From an uncultured Lentisphaerales bacterium (GTDB taxonomy: Bacteria > Verrucomicrobiota > Lentisphaeria > JABSQK01 > UBA12247), in the NCBI GenBank assembly GCA_943788985.1, contig CALSSJ010000006.1, positions 1-42,313 on the forward strand: DNA of 42,313 bases. Direction: 5' to 3'. Positions within the stretch are counted from its first letter, which is position 1; each line of letters begins with the position of its first letter. The translations under genes and the position numbers were made by a program. Of this stretch, positions 1 through 10,260 are shown in pieces. The notes under the pieces are model-generated. The model had not been told where the DNA came from and made no database searches. It saw only the letters and a list, made by a program, of their open reading frames with translations.

Positions 1-2
1 GC

Positions 3-245
3 TGGACGGTCTTTGACACCGAGATCATGATCCAGCGGGCCTATCTATTTACCCACACACCGCACGATGAACAGTCTGGTTTCGGCCGTGACCTCGGGTT
101 CAATCTATACGATGGCTATCTCACCGAAACGCGAGAATAGGCACAGATCGAAAAATGGAATTTCATGATCGACCAACTTGGCCTGAAACCCGGTTATCGA
201 TTGATCGATACGGGCTGTGGCTACGGAGACTGGCTCATCAGAAAT
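3..245 (+). pseudogene. Remnant of a cyclopropane-fatty-acid-synthase-like SAM-dependent methyltransferase (5' part outside window)
   Basis: Frame 3 reads ...[39 protein letters not shown], matching the CFA synthase pattern LEEAQ..K......LGLKPG.RLLDIGCGWG. There is an in-frame TAG at 138-140 and similarity is lost after ~245. Confidence 0.65.
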
Positions 246-401
246 CGTCCTAGCGCCGGCGAGCAAAATACTCAACAAAAAAAATGCACTTCTAAAACCT
301 TAGTCCATTCCGGTGTTCGCTCTAGCATTCCCCGGAAAGACAATCAATTTAGTGGGCCGCTCCGCAGTCCAGTTCCCCTCCGCTTCTCTAGGGAAGTTCC
401 C

Positions 402-1175
402 ATGATCCCTGCAAAATCAAGACGCTTTACCCTGATTGAGCTTCTGGTGGTGATCAGCATCATCGCCATCTTGGCCAGCTTACTCCTCCCGTCCCTCTCT
501 AAGGCCCGGGAGACTACTCGGCGCGCGGCCTGCACCAACAACCTCAGGCAAATCGCGATCGCCTACATTGGCTACAGTATCGATCACGACGATTACGTGC
601 GCAACAACGAATGGATTGGTGCCGCCCGCACCAAGCCGGTCTATGCGAATTCCAGCCCGGTTGACTTTCGAGACGTCGTTTACCTTGGACGCGATCCAGA
701 TAACTACCTGGAGCCATATCTGGTCGAAGACGATAATGGGGTCTATAACTGTCCGGGCTCGACCTTCCCGCAGGGGCTGGATGCCTTTGGCACGAACGTC
801 TGGTGGACCAACGGCGTCTCCACCTATCAGGGCTTTACCCCTTACAACTTTATGACCCGCAAGATCAATTCCAACTACGTCTGCACCCCCGCTCGCGACG
901 CCGCTTTCGGCTGGGACGATTTCTCTCTCAAGCCCATCTTCTCAGATCCCATCATTGATATGACCGCCTGGGATATTCCCGGCGGCAGGTGGGATTTACA
1001 TGCGGCCACCATTCACGGCGACATTGGCATCCTGCCCGTTCTGATGTCCGATGGCCACGTCAAGCAATTCGACCGCACGCCCTTTTCCCACCAGTGCCCA
1101 CAGAATGACGGCTGCTCCGCGTGGGGATCTGCTTACGGTGGTGGGCCCGTATACGACGCGCTGATCATGGAGTAG
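402..1175 (+). CDS. Prepilin-type N-terminal cleavage/methylation protein with DUF1559 / H-X9-DG-like C-terminus
   Basis: [37 protein letters not shown]...CTNNLRQI; C-terminal [16 protein letters not shown]. True start is probably ATG 402; the ORF-track start at 165 fuses the upstream pseudogene. Confidence 0.9.
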   Translation: MIPAKSRRFTLIELLVVISIIAILASLLLPSLSKARETTRRAACTNNLRQIAIAYIGYSIDHDDYVRNNEWIGAARTKPVYANSSPVDFRDVVYLGRDPDNYLEPYLVEDDNGVYNCPGSTFPQGLDAFGTNVWWTNGVSTYQGFTPYNFMTRKINSNYVCTPARDAAFGWDDFSLKPIFSDPIIDMTAWDIPGGRWDLHAATIHGDIGILPVLMSDGHVKQFDRTPFSHQCPQNDGCSAWGSAYGGGPVYDALIME

Positions 1176-1179
1176 AGAG

Positions 1180-1674
1180 ATGAACATATTCCGCAAACTG
1201 CGTGTGATCGCTATGGGCTTCTTGCTCACGACACTGCCAGTCATGTTGGGCTGCGCCAAATCGGCCCAACTCGAGGACTGGTTGACCATCTAAGCGGACC
1301 AAGTCGTCCGCCTCACACAGGAGAAGGGCGCGGTCATACAAGACAATGGCGAGGTCGTGGTGATTGCCTGCACACATAGGCCTGGAGGCAACCAAATAAT
1401 CGTAGTTGGCGGTAGTTTCACGTGCTACAGAGCAAGACTGCTGACCTGCAGTGGCTTCGCGTCAATCTGGCTCCACAATCCAGCAGGAGAAGCAGTCTAC
1501 CAAGCCCGCGGTCAGAGAGCCTGCTCCGGTCTTGACTACGAACCTGATTATTGCGTAATCGGGACGAGAGCGTGTCGGGGCTCTAGCTGTTTTCGCAGGT
1601 GCCGTCATTGCCCGCACTCAGGCCGTGTGCGCAGCGCTTGCGAACTCCGAACTCCTGAACTGGATTCTAGATGA
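1180..1674 (+). pseudogene. Probable decayed lipoprotein gene (or 37-aa small lipoprotein at 1180-1293)
   Basis: MNIFRKLRVIAMGFLLTTLPVMLGC is a signal peptide with lipobox, starting 4 nt after the upstream stop. TAA at 1291-1293, then the same frame stays open to 1674. Confidence 0.5.
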
Positions 1675-1811
1675 GTTCGAACAAGGACAACGGTTTGGCC
1701 CATTGGCAGCGAAACGGAAAAAACCACCGATGAGGAGTCAGCTGAGTGAACTTCCGCTTGCCCCGCGAAGCCACACCCGCCGGGAGAATAGATCAGTCGG
1801 ATAAATTTCCT

Positions 1812-1844
1812 AATCCCAATCCTGTAAATCCTGTGATTCTGTCC
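1812..1844. repeat. Short imperfect AATCC(TGT) tandem repeat
   Basis: aatccc-aatcctgta-aatcctgtg-attctgtcc, just downstream of the sulfatase remnant. Confidence 0.5.
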
Positions 1845-1857
1845 AAAAACTCCTCAT

Positions 1858-3330
1858 TCACCGGAGGCCGCCAGCCGGCCAAGTGACAGGGCCTGCTCGG
1901 TAGGCGCGTCGAACGGATCGGTCTACGAAGCGTGTTCGAACCCGGCAGGGAGACTCGCATAGGCGTGGATCGCGCTGACGCTCCAGCTCAGCCAACAACT
2001 GGTTGCGGAGTTCGCAACTGGTGTCGGTGTACTCCGGGTCCTCCGCCAGATTTGTCAGCTGATGTAGATCGCTGGCGCTCTCGTATAGCTCCACCCGCGG
2101 CGTTTATCGAAACCACGCAGAAAGTTCGGGGTATGATCGGGGTCGGCCCGGTGATGGATCATCCAGGCCTTGGGATTGCGGATCGGCCAACGATCCAGGG
2201 CAAAGTTGTGGATGTAAAGGAATCAGCCGGTGCGCCGCGCCCGTTGCGGGTACGGCAGCTTCCATTCGCGGGCCAGAGCCACATCGCGCTCGCGACCAAT
2301 GATAGCCTAATCGTCTTTGACAGCGGCTTCCCCCGTCACGCGCGGCCACAGGCTGGTGGCGGTCATCCCGGGCGCGGGTGCGCAGCTCGCGGCCTCGAGG
2401 AAGGTCGTGCCCAGATCCATCAGATTGGTCATTTCGTCAACCACCGTTCCAGCGGGGATCTGACCGGGCAGCCTGGCCCTGAGCGCGAATTCCGTGCCGA
2501 TGTCATCGAGGTCGCACCTGGCCCGGGGAAAGCCTGGAATTCCGTGGTTGCCACTGACCACGATGAGAGTGTTGTCGAACTCCCCTAGGATCTCAAGCTC
2601 TTTCAGCAATAAGCCCACTCCGGCATCTACAGCATGGCACTCCCTCAGGTAGTCGGCCACATCCTCGCGCACGTTGTCCACGTCCGAAGAGCTCGCCGGC
2701 ATGCCCCGTTCCAAGTCATCAGGCTCTAGTCCCCAGAGCCTGTGGCCCGAGCCCTTCTTCCAGTGCGATGGGTATTGGTCGGCTCCCACTAATAGCAGAA
2801 TGACTGGTCGGCGTGGCGCTTGCCCAGAAGGCCGCGAACCTTTTCTCGCACTTCTGCGTACAGCGGTGCCTTGGCTGCCACCACAGATAGACCCGCGTCC
2901 ATGGCAGCACAGGCGTCCTCGGAAAACTAACTAAAGCGCCTCCCGGCCTAGTTTAAGTAGTGGGATTCACCCCCAAGGAGCCTCTTGGCCAGGCACGCCT
3001 GGCCCAAGGCTTTGTAGGTAGTTCGGGTGCGATAGCCGGCGGCGAGCACACGCGGAAAGGTTGGGATCTCGTCAACCCAGACCGCCCCTGCAGGATGGCC
3101 GCAAGGCGAGTCTGCCAAAAGTACCGCCCCGAGAGAATCGAGCTGCGACAAGGCGTACGGTGGGCGCTGGAACGACCGCATTGCTGAAGGGCGCTCGCTC
3201 GTGCGCGATTCGGGCGTTGGCAGGCGTGCGGCCGATTTGGTGCAGCGCAGACACGTGTGCCACGTCCTGTTAGGCGCGCGCATACCGACCCAGTCGTCGG
3301 CGAATGCGAAAAGAATGTTCGCCGGCAAGA
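1858..3330 (-). pseudogene. Degraded S1-family sulfatase (sulfamidase-like)
   Basis: Collinear fragments in different frames: NILFAFADDW; (C)TPCRSSILSGRYFWQT; DYLRECHAVDAGVG...DNTLIVVSGNHGIPGFPRAR; ELYESASDLHQLTNLAEDPEY...RDPR. Many indels and stops. Confidence 0.9.
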
Positions 3331-3468
3331 TTTCTTTCTTCTCTTGGTTCGACTCGGCAGTTCTGCGCAACGGGACATGGTGCAGGGCGTCCACCGAGAA
3401 CAACCATAGAAGCTTGCGAGCCATTCATCAATGAGCCTCTCTCACCAGGCACAATCGGCAACTGCCCC

Positions 3469-5673
3469 ATGACCCGAAAGGCGATCGCTATTCTGATTGC
3501 GCTCGTCGGTGTCGTGGCCGCGTCTGTGGCGCTGTGGCTGGATTCTGCAGAGCACCCTCCCCCACCGCCTGCGACTTACGTGGGCGCCAGCACCTGCCAG
3601 GCTTGTCATGAAGACGCCTTTCAAGCCTGGCAAGGCTCGGACCACGACAAGGCCATGGATCTCGCGACTGACGAGACGGTACTGGGCGACTTCAACGACA
3701 ACACTTTCGTGGATCATACGGGACGCACCAGTCGCTTCTTTCGCGACGGCAGCGCCTTCAAAGTGGAAACCACGGGTGCAGATGACAGCTTGCAGACGTT
3801 TACCGTGGAATACGTGTTTGGGCACGACCCGCTACAACAGTATTTGATTCCGTTCCCCAACGGCCGCTACCAGTGCCTGACCATCGCCTGGGATACCAAA
3901 AAGAAACAGTGGTTTGACCTCTACGTCGGCCAAGATGTCCCGCCGGGCGACTGGTTGCACTGGACTGGACGAGCGCAAACCTGGAACACGATGTGCGCCG
4001 AGTGCCACTCGACCAACCTCCAAAAAGGCTACGACATGGAGACCGACTCCTACAAGACCACCTGGAGCGAGATCGACGTGAGCTGCGAAGCCTGCCACGG
4101 GCCCGCATCTAACCATCTCACCTGGGCGGCCCAGTCCAAGCGCAAGCGAGCCCGCGACACCACCTGCGGCCTTGAGACCCAGCCCAAGCTCTATGACTCC
4201 AAGGAGCATGTGGCCGCCTGCAGTAATTGCCACGCCAGACGCCAGATGTTTCAGGACATCAGCCACGCCTCGCGCCCGGACGAAAACTTCGCCACTGAGT
4301 TGCTCCGTGAGAATACCTACCACGCAGACGGCCAGATCAGGGATGAGGTCTATGTCTACGGGTCCTTTATCCAAAGTAAGATGTACCACAATGGCGTGAG
4401 CTGCAAAGACTGCCACGATCCCCACAGCCTCAAGCTCAAACACGAAGGAAATGCCCTCTGTGCACAGTGCCACGACCCAGCAGTTTTCGACACCAAGACG
4501 CACCATTTCCACGATGACAACGCGGGTGCCCAGTGCACCAACTGCCACATGCCGGAGCGCGTGTACATGGGAGTGGATTGGCGCGCCGACCATAGCATCC
4601 GGATCCCTCGCCCGGATCTCACGGCGTCGACCGGCTCGCCGGATGCCTGTAGCCGTTGTCACGATGACAAGCCGCTGGCCTTTAGTGTCGATGCCTTTCG
4701 CAACTGGTTCGGCGAGGACAAGCCAGACCATTTCGGGACCACCCTGGCCGACGTAAGGAAGAACGTCCCGGATGCCTTGACGCGCCTCGTGGCAGCCTGC
4801 CAAAACCGCGAACTCCCGGACCTGGCCCGGGCGACGATGGTGGCCGAGCTGATTCGCTACGATTCCCCGAAGGCCCGGCAGGCAATTGAATTCGCGCTGC
4901 GGGACGAGAGCCCGCTGGTGAGGCGTGCTGCGGTCAATGCTCTGGCAGAGGCCGCTCCCCCGGCGCTGCTCGTGCCCCTCCTGCGTGATCCAGTGGCAGG
5001 GGTCCGCACCGCAGCAGCGGCCGTTCTGGCCCCGCAGTCCGCACAACTCGTGGGTGCCCACCAAGAGGCCTTCATCGAGGCCAAGCGCGAGCTGATCCTC
5101 GCAACGGCCTACACCGGGGACATGCCAGGCAGCCGGCACAACTTAGCGAATCTCTACGCTGCAGTCGGAGACCATGAGGCCGCTGAGGCGCAATACCGAG
5201 CAGCCTTGAAGCTGGACGCCCGCTTTGTCCCCGCGGGTATGAATCTCTCGGTAATGCTCAGCCAGCAGGGGCGCAATGAGGAAGCCCGCAAGCTCCTCGA
5301 GGGCATCGTTGCCAACGACCAGAATTTTGGCGAAGCTGCATTCTCACTGGGGTTATTGCAAGCAGAGATGCGCGACTATCCAGCGGCCGTCGAATCCCTC
5401 CGTAAGGCCACAGTTCTGATGCCTCAGCACGCCAGAGCATTCTATAATCTCGGAAACCTAGAGTCCTTCTTAAAGCACAACGACGCTGCAGAAAGCGCGC
5501 TGAATACTGCCTTCTCCCTGCAGCCGGGAAACCCGCAGATCGTCCACGCCCTCGCTCAGTTCTATGTCCAGTCTGGGGACATCCAGGGTGCGAAGCTGCT
5601 GCTGGGCAGACTCGGGCACCATCCGCAAATCGCGCAGCAACTGGCTGCCGCCATCCAGGCGATGGAACACTAG
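3469..5673 (+). CDS. Multiheme (8 x CxxCH) c-type cytochrome with HEAT and TPR repeats
   Basis: N-terminal hydrophobic anchor/signal; CQACH, CAECH, CEACH, CSNCH, CKDCH, CAQCH, CTNCH, CSRCH; HEAT-like ALRDESPLVRRAAV / LLRDPVAGVRTAAA; C-terminal TPRs. Start ATG 3469. Confidence 0.9.
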   Translation: MTRKAIAILIALVGVVAASVALWLDSAEHPPPPPATYVGASTCQACHEDAFQAWQGSDHDKAMDLATDETVLGDFNDNTFVDHTGRTSRFFRDGSAFKVETTGADDSLQTFTVEYVFGHDPLQQYLIPFPNGRYQCLTIAWDTKKKQWFDLYVGQDVPPGDWLHWTGRAQTWNTMCAECHSTNLQKGYDMETDSYKTTWSEIDVSCEACHGPASNHLTWAAQSKRKRARDTTCGLETQPKLYDSKEHVAACSNCHARRQMFQDISHASRPDENFATELLRENTYHADGQIRDEVYVYGSFIQSKMYHNGVSCKDCHDPHSLKLKHEGNALCAQCHDPAVFDTKTHHFHDDNAGAQCTNCHMPERVYMGVDWRADHSIRIPRPDLTASTGSPDACSRCHDDKPLAFSVDAFRNWFGEDKPDHFGTTLADVRKNVPDALTRLVAACQNRELPDLARATMVAELIRYDSPKARQAIEFALRDESPLVRRAAVNALAEAAPPALLVPLLRDPVAGVRTAAAAVLAPQSAQLVGAHQEAFIEAKRELILATAYTGDMPGSRHNLANLYAAVGDHEAAEAQYRAALKLDARFVPAGMNLSVMLSQQGRNEEARKLLEGIVANDQNFGEAAFSLGLLQAEMRDYPAAVESLRKATVLMPQHARAFYNLGNLESFLKHNDAAESALNTAFSLQPGNPQIVHALAQFYVQSGDIQGAKLLLGRLGHHPQIAQQLAAAIQAMEH

Positions 5674-5775
5674 AATGTCGAACAGCCAACCCGGAATCCC
5701 CAATTGCCAAATGAACACAGTGGAGCACTTCCGCTAACCTTGGTGATTGGACAATCCCTGCTGGCTATTGGGTAT

Positions 5776-6855
5776 TCATGTCCTTTTTTCACTGGCGCAG
5801 TGCTGGCAGTTGGGCAGCAGTGAGTGCCGAACCCCGTTGCAGTCCGCACAGCTTTCGAACAGCGCGGTGCCACAAGCCGGGCAGGCATACGGCTCATTTT
5901 CCTGCTCACTTTGCGGCAAGATGATTTTATGGACAGTCCGCCTGGTCCAGAATAGAAACTTGCGCGGGCCAATCCGAATTGGGTACTCGCAGATTGGGCA
6001 CAGAAACCGCTCGTAGGCCTCGCGGTATTGCTTGGTCAACCACTCCGTTTTCGGGAATGCGACCACCCGGATGAAATAGACCAGCAGCTTTGCTACTGCC
6101 ACAAGCAGCACCAGAATTAGGATATACTTGAAGTACCTGGACGGAAAATACTCATGGATCACGCGAGAGACTTTTAGCAGCGTTGCCACGCCGTAGCCCA
6201 GGAACAATGGAAAGTAAATGCTGCTGCGCTTGCGGAGCAACAGAAATGCCCCAGCGGCTAATAACGGAATCAGAATCAGCAGTTGAAAGCAAGCCAGGCG
6301 CATCTGGTGTTTCGCCCGTAGCTGACGGTACTCCTCCTGTGCAGGCTTTCGCTGTTTTTCCAGCAGTCCTTCGGTGGCCAGCTGGTCGGCGGCCAGGGCA
6401 CGCTTCTGCTCAGTCAACGTTGAAAGCTCGATATTGTGAGCCTGATACTGCTTTTGGCTTTCCAGGAAGTGCGACAGACTGCTGGACAACGTCTCCTGCT
6501 CCGTGGCGGAAAGTGCCACCGACTTTTGGATCGAAAGCTTCTGCAGCTCGATCAGTTGATTGATGGTCTTCTGCAGATTCCGGGAGCTGTCGCTCACCAG
6601 CTTCAATTCGGCCTGCTTGTTCGCGATGTTGCGCGCAACCCTGCCTAAGTCGCCATTCAGCCGCTGCTGCTTTGTGACCAGCTTCTGGTCGACATGGGCC
6701 TTCTCGATCACATCATACTGAGGCCCGGCGATGGACTGGATGTCTTTTACCAAAAAGCCGAGGACCCAGTAGACTAAAACCGCGAAAATCGCGGTGAACA
6801 GTCGAATCAAAAATCGGTGAACCCAGGGCCCTTTTGGCTGTGCCTTCGAACTCAT
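5776..6855 (-). CDS. Membrane protein with coiled-coil and C-terminal Cys-rich zinc-ribbon domain
   Basis: Start MSSKAQ at 6855 with a purine-rich RBS; N-terminal TM, long coiled coil, three further TMs, then CPIC, CPAC, CADC, CQHC. Confidence 0.8.
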   Translation of the reverse strand: MSSKAQPKGPWVHRFLIRLFTAIFAVLVYWVLGFLVKDIQSIAGPQYDVIEKAHVDQKLVTKQQRLNGDLGRVARNIANKQAELKLVSDSSRNLQKTINQLIELQKLSIQKSVALSATEQETLSSSLSHFLESQKQYQAHNIELSTLTEQKRALAADQLATEGLLEKQRKPAQEEYRQLRAKHQMRLACFQLLILIPLLAAGAFLLLRKRSSIYFPLFLGYGVATLLKVSRVIHEYFPSRYFKYILILVLLVAVAKLLVYFIRVVAFPKTEWLTKQYREAYERFLCPICEYPIRIGPRKFLFWTRRTVHKIILPQSEQENEPYACPACGTALFESCADCNGVRHSLLPNCQHCASEKRT

Positions 6856-7085
6856 CTCCGCCCTCCCCTTCCCGTGCTTGTTCGCCTGCTGATCAACGTA
6901 TCGGCTTGGGGCGGATTTGCAAAGAATTGCGGCCGGCAAGCTAGTAAAAAAGGATCGACTCGAGTCGATCTTTTCGGTCCTTCCGCCAAACGGCTTTAAC
7001 CGATTCCCAAGTCTGTGTCGCAAGGGAGTAGAGCGGCGCCGTATATGGTCAAAGAGGCCGCAACTGAGAGGCATAGACCGAAGAC

Positions 7086-7334
7086 TCAATCTGGCGAAAG
7101 TGTGGTACATGTGGGCGCAGGTGCAGACGGCATGGCGACGCCCCCACGCCCACCGCCATGTAAATACACCAGCAGCGGCCATTCCTGTGCAGGATCGTAG
7201 TTCTTCGGCACATAGAGTGCAGCGGTCCGCTCCTGGCCGGCGACCATGGACGGCAGATTCACGATGTCGGCACTGCCTGAATAGCCGGAAAAAGCGAAGA
7301 GCCCCAAGAGAAGTGAGGCACAAAAGCATTTCAT
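7086..7334 (-). pseudogene. Truncated secreted esterase/peptidase (PHB-depolymerase/phospholipase-like alpha/beta hydrolase N-terminus)
   Basis: Signal peptide, then RTAALYVPKNYDPAQEWPLLVYLHGGG; ends at 82 aa with no GxSxG nucleophile. Confidence 0.7.
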
Positions 7335-7454
7335 GAGTGAGTCATCCTATCGACGCGGCGGCAAAACAGTCGCCAAGCCGAAGAGAGCGAAGGGCTATCA
7401 GTCTGAGGACTGATAGCCCTGAAGGTAGGGGGGCAGCACCCGTCTGTAGTCTGG

Positions 7455-8561
7455 TTAGTCCAAGACCCCTGGCAACATGCCAAGCGGGAAGGCAGCCGGT
7501 TGGACGCAGGTGCTGTCCAATTCTACCATCTTGCCTTCGTTGGACGACTTCTCGTAGGCATGCATGATCTCCAACACGTGATAGGCAAGTGTGCCGTCGC
7601 AGCGATGCGGCCGATCAGCCTGAATGGCCTGCGCCATATCGGCGACGCCAATGCCGCGCGAGTTGTCGCTGTAGCCATGGCTAAAAGCGGTGTCCTGCCA
7701 GTCCGGATTGCCCGGCCGGAAGACGCGTACCGGACCACCGAAGGTGTTGGGATCGGGAGCCTGCAAGCTCCCGTCGGCGCCATAGATCTCGATGGGGCTG
7801 TGCGTATGGCGATGTACGTCAAAGCTGACGCCTACCGTCACCACGCTGCCATTGGCGAAGACAAGCGTCCCGCTGTTATGCGTAGGGACATCCACCGGCA
7901 AGGCTTCCCCAAAGTGTTCCTTGCAGGTGGCTATGCGCGATTTGTAGCCTTTGGAGGTCACCGCAAAGACCTGCTTCACGGGACCAAGCAGATGGACCAG
8001 CGCGGTCATGTAGTACGGGCCCATGTCGAACATAGGACCGCCGCCAGCCTGGTAGAAAAAGGCTGGATTCGGATGCCATGACTCTGGGCCGCGGCCCATC
8101 ATGAAGACCGTCCCCGATAGCGGGCGTCCGATCCAGCCATCGTCGATGAGTTTGCGGCAGGTCTGGTAGCCAGCACCGAGAAAGGTGTCCGGCGCACAAC
8201 CCACGCGCAGCCCCTTGGCTGCAGCTGCGTCGATGACCCGCTTACCGTCTGCCAAGGAAACCGCCAAGGGTTTCTCGCAGTGGACGTGTTTGCCTGCCGC
8301 CAACGCTTGGAGGCTCACTTCCGCGTGCACGGCAGGAATCGTCAGGTTGATGACGATGTCAACTTCCGGCATTGCCAGCAGTTCGTCCACAGTGACGGCG
8401 CGCACACCATATTCTTCCGTAGCCTTGGTCGCCGCCTCCAGGTTAATGTCTGCGCAGGCGACGATCTCCACCGCCCGAAACATGGCGCAGCCCTTGAAGT
8501 AGGCGCCGGATATATTGCCGCAGCCAATGATGCCAATGCCCATCTTATCGTTTGTCGACAT
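7455..8561 (-). CDS. Gfo/Idh/MocA family NAD(P)-dependent oxidoreductase
   Basis: GIGIIGCGNIS Rossmann motif, AGKHVHCEKP, GGGPMFDMGPYY. Confidence 0.95.
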   Translation of the reverse strand: MSTNDKMGIGIIGCGNISGAYFKGCAMFRAVEIVACADINLEAATKATEEYGVRAVTVDELLAMPEVDIVINLTIPAVHAEVSLQALAAGKHVHCEKPLAVSLADGKRVIDAAAAKGLRVGCAPDTFLGAGYQTCRKLIDDGWIGRPLSGTVFMMGRGPESWHPNPAFFYQAGGGPMFDMGPYYMTALVHLLGPVKQVFAVTSKGYKSRIATCKEHFGEALPVDVPTHNSGTLVFANGSVVTVGVSFDVHRHTHSPIEIYGADGSLQAPDPNTFGGPVRVFRPGNPDWQDTAFSHGYSDNSRGIGVADMAQAIQADRPHRCDGTLAYHVLEIMHAYEKSSNEGKMVELDSTCVQPAAFPLGMLPGVLD

Positions 8562-8571
8562 TGTGAATCTC

Positions 8572-9387
8572 CTACTTGCGCCCTTGGGCGATGCCAGTGG
8601 TCGTCAAGTATGTGTAGCTCTCCTGCACGGCTTTCATCATGTCGCCGTCGTAGCTGTCGAGTTCCACGACGACGTATTCCGCGTGGGCAGCAACTGCGGC
8701 AGCTGCTTTAAGATCGACCTGGCCAGCACCAGCAGGAAGAAAAGGCGTGGAACTGCTTACCATAATTTTGCCGTCTTCGGTCTCTGCTTCGGTGAACTCG
8801 CCGTCCGCCGTGACGATGCCATCCTTGAAATGTAGCAGCTTGCCACGCACCCCGATCTCCTGGACAAAGTCGACGGGTACTCGCCCCGCCCGCGCCACCC
8901 AGAAGAGATCGGCTTCCCACAATACCGTGTCAGGAGTGTGGGCCAGAAAGGTGCGGTAGCCGGGCTGGCCATCGATATCGGCGAGATCCCAATCATGGTT
9001 GTGATAGCCAACCTGCAGCCCGTGCTGCGCTGCGAACTCTGCAGCTTCGCTGTACAGCTCCGCCAGCGCCTTGATCGAGTCAACGCTTTTGAAATCCTCG
9101 CAAAAGTTCGGCGGGCACCCGGTCACCAGATACTTGTGCCCCATGGTCAGCGCATCATCGATGACCTGGTTCTTCTTGTCGCCGACCGGCAGCGCTGTGT
9201 GGCAGGACGGCGCTTTCAGCCCGAGTTCCTCGAAGAGCTTGGCCGCTTCGGCCACTGATGATCCAGGATAGCCCGCAGGCTCGACGTTCTCGAAGCCCAT
9301 CTCGGCGATGGCGCGAATCGTTCCCTCGTAGTCGGCGGAAGCCTGCTGGCGGACACTATAAAGCTGGACAGAAATTTGCGGGATCAT
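8572..9387 (-). CDS. Sugar phosphate isomerase/epimerase (xylose-isomerase-like TIM barrel)
   Basis: QLYSVR, GYHNHDWD, EADLFW, LLHFKD, VVELD; AAGGAG RBS before ATG 9387. Confidence 0.92.
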   Translation of the reverse strand: MIPQISVQLYSVRQQASADYEGTIRAIAEMGFENVEPAGYPGSSVAEAAKLFEELGLKAPSCHTALPVGDKKNQVIDDALTMGHKYLVTGCPPNFCEDFKSVDSIKALAELYSEAAEFAAQHGLQVGYHNHDWDLADIDGQPGYRTFLAHTPDTVLWEADLFWVARAGRVPVDFVQEIGVRGKLLHFKDGIVTADGEFTEAETEDGKIMVSSSTPFLPAGAGQVDLKAAAAVAAHAEYVVVELDSYDGDMMKAVQESYTYLTTTGIAQGRK

Positions 9388-9434
9388 TGTATCTCCTTTT
9401 GACGAAAACCACACATATCGCGGTGATATTCCCA

Positions 9435-9468
9435 AGAGTATCGCCTATGACATGTACGTCAATTGACA
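9435..9468. promoter_or_regulatory. Divergent promoter region with perfect palindrome GTCAATTGAC
   Basis: Palindrome at 9458-9467 forms back-to-back TTGAC boxes; the minus strand reads TTGACG-16 nt-TACTCT toward the isomerase gene. Confidence 0.45.
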
Positions 9469-9474
9469 ATTTCT

Positions 9475-10260
9475 ATGATTTTGAGACAAACAATGCGAGC
9501 AGCCCTTGAGAGCATGGCATACTACACGAGCCCCCGCGGCGGGGCGCCGGCGCCGTACCTCGTCACACAGCGCAGTCTGCTTCTCGAGTTGATCACCGCG
9601 GGTGCAGTCTACGCGCCCGACAGCGGTCGACTCTGCTCGCCTGGTTGGGTGTTTGTCCATCGCGCTGGCGAGAAAACGGTCTGGCGGACAGCCCCCACGG
9701 CGCACTATGAATGCCTGACCGCAGCCTGGGAGTCTGCCCATGTCGTGCGACACGAATCATGGCCACGCGCCTTTCGCTGGCTCAATCCAGAAACCGCCGT
9801 CACTTTCGCGCATGAAATGCTCCACGCATTCCATCACACCGAAGTCGATCGCGAGATCCTCGGGGATTTGCTGTGGAGCCGCCTGCGATTTGAGCTCGAC
9901 CGCTTCAGGCGCCAGGAAAGTCGAGCGGATATTCCGTCGCGCGTGTCTGAAGTCATGGCCTACATCGACAAGCACTTCGCGCAGACGCTCAACATGGACA
10001 TACTGGCGAACCATGTCGGCCTGAGCGCATCGCATCTGCACGCCCGCTTCCGCGAGTTCGTCGAGATGACGCCACATCAATACGTAATCCGTCGCCGAAT
10101 GCAGGCGGCGCGCCATCGACTCGCCACGTCCATGGCGCCGATCAAGCGAATTTCTGCCGACGTCGGCTACGCCAACACCGAGAGCTTCTGCCGCGCTTTC
10201 AAGCAGCACTTTGGCATGACGGCTGCTGCCTACCGACGTAAATACATGATCTACAGGTAG
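9475..10260 (+). CDS. AraC family transcriptional regulator
   Basis: C-terminal double HTH: LANHVGLSASHLHARFREFVEMTPHQYV...ISADVGYANTESFCRAFKQHFGMTAAAYR. Start uncertain (9463/9475/9493/9514). Confidence 0.93.
   Translation: MILRQTMRAALESMAYYTSPRGGAPAPYLVTQRSLLLELITAGAVYAPDSGRLCSPGWVFVHRAGEKTVWRTAPTAHYECLTAAWESAHVVRHESWPRAFRWLNPETAVTFAHEMLHAFHHTEVDREILGDLLWSRLRFELDRFRRQESRADIPSRVSEVMAYIDKHFAQTLNMDILANHVGLSASHLHARFREFVEMTPHQYVIRRRMQAARHRLATSMAPIKRISADVGYANTESFCRAFKQHFGMTAAAYRRKYMIYR

Noticed and set aside
165..401. Methyltransferase-pilin fusion suggested by ORF 165..1175
   Set aside because: The prepilin motif must be N-terminal. The upstream part is a pseudogene tail plus non-coding-looking sequence that happens to be in frame.
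3832..5139. 435-aa antisense ORF within the cytochrome gene
   Set aside because: A shadow ORF typical of high-GC coding DNA, with no motifs.
6856..7329. 158-aa N-terminal extension of ORF 5776..7329
   Set aside because: It overlaps the esterase remnant in another frame, has non-protein-like composition, and a good RBS/ATG exists at 6855.
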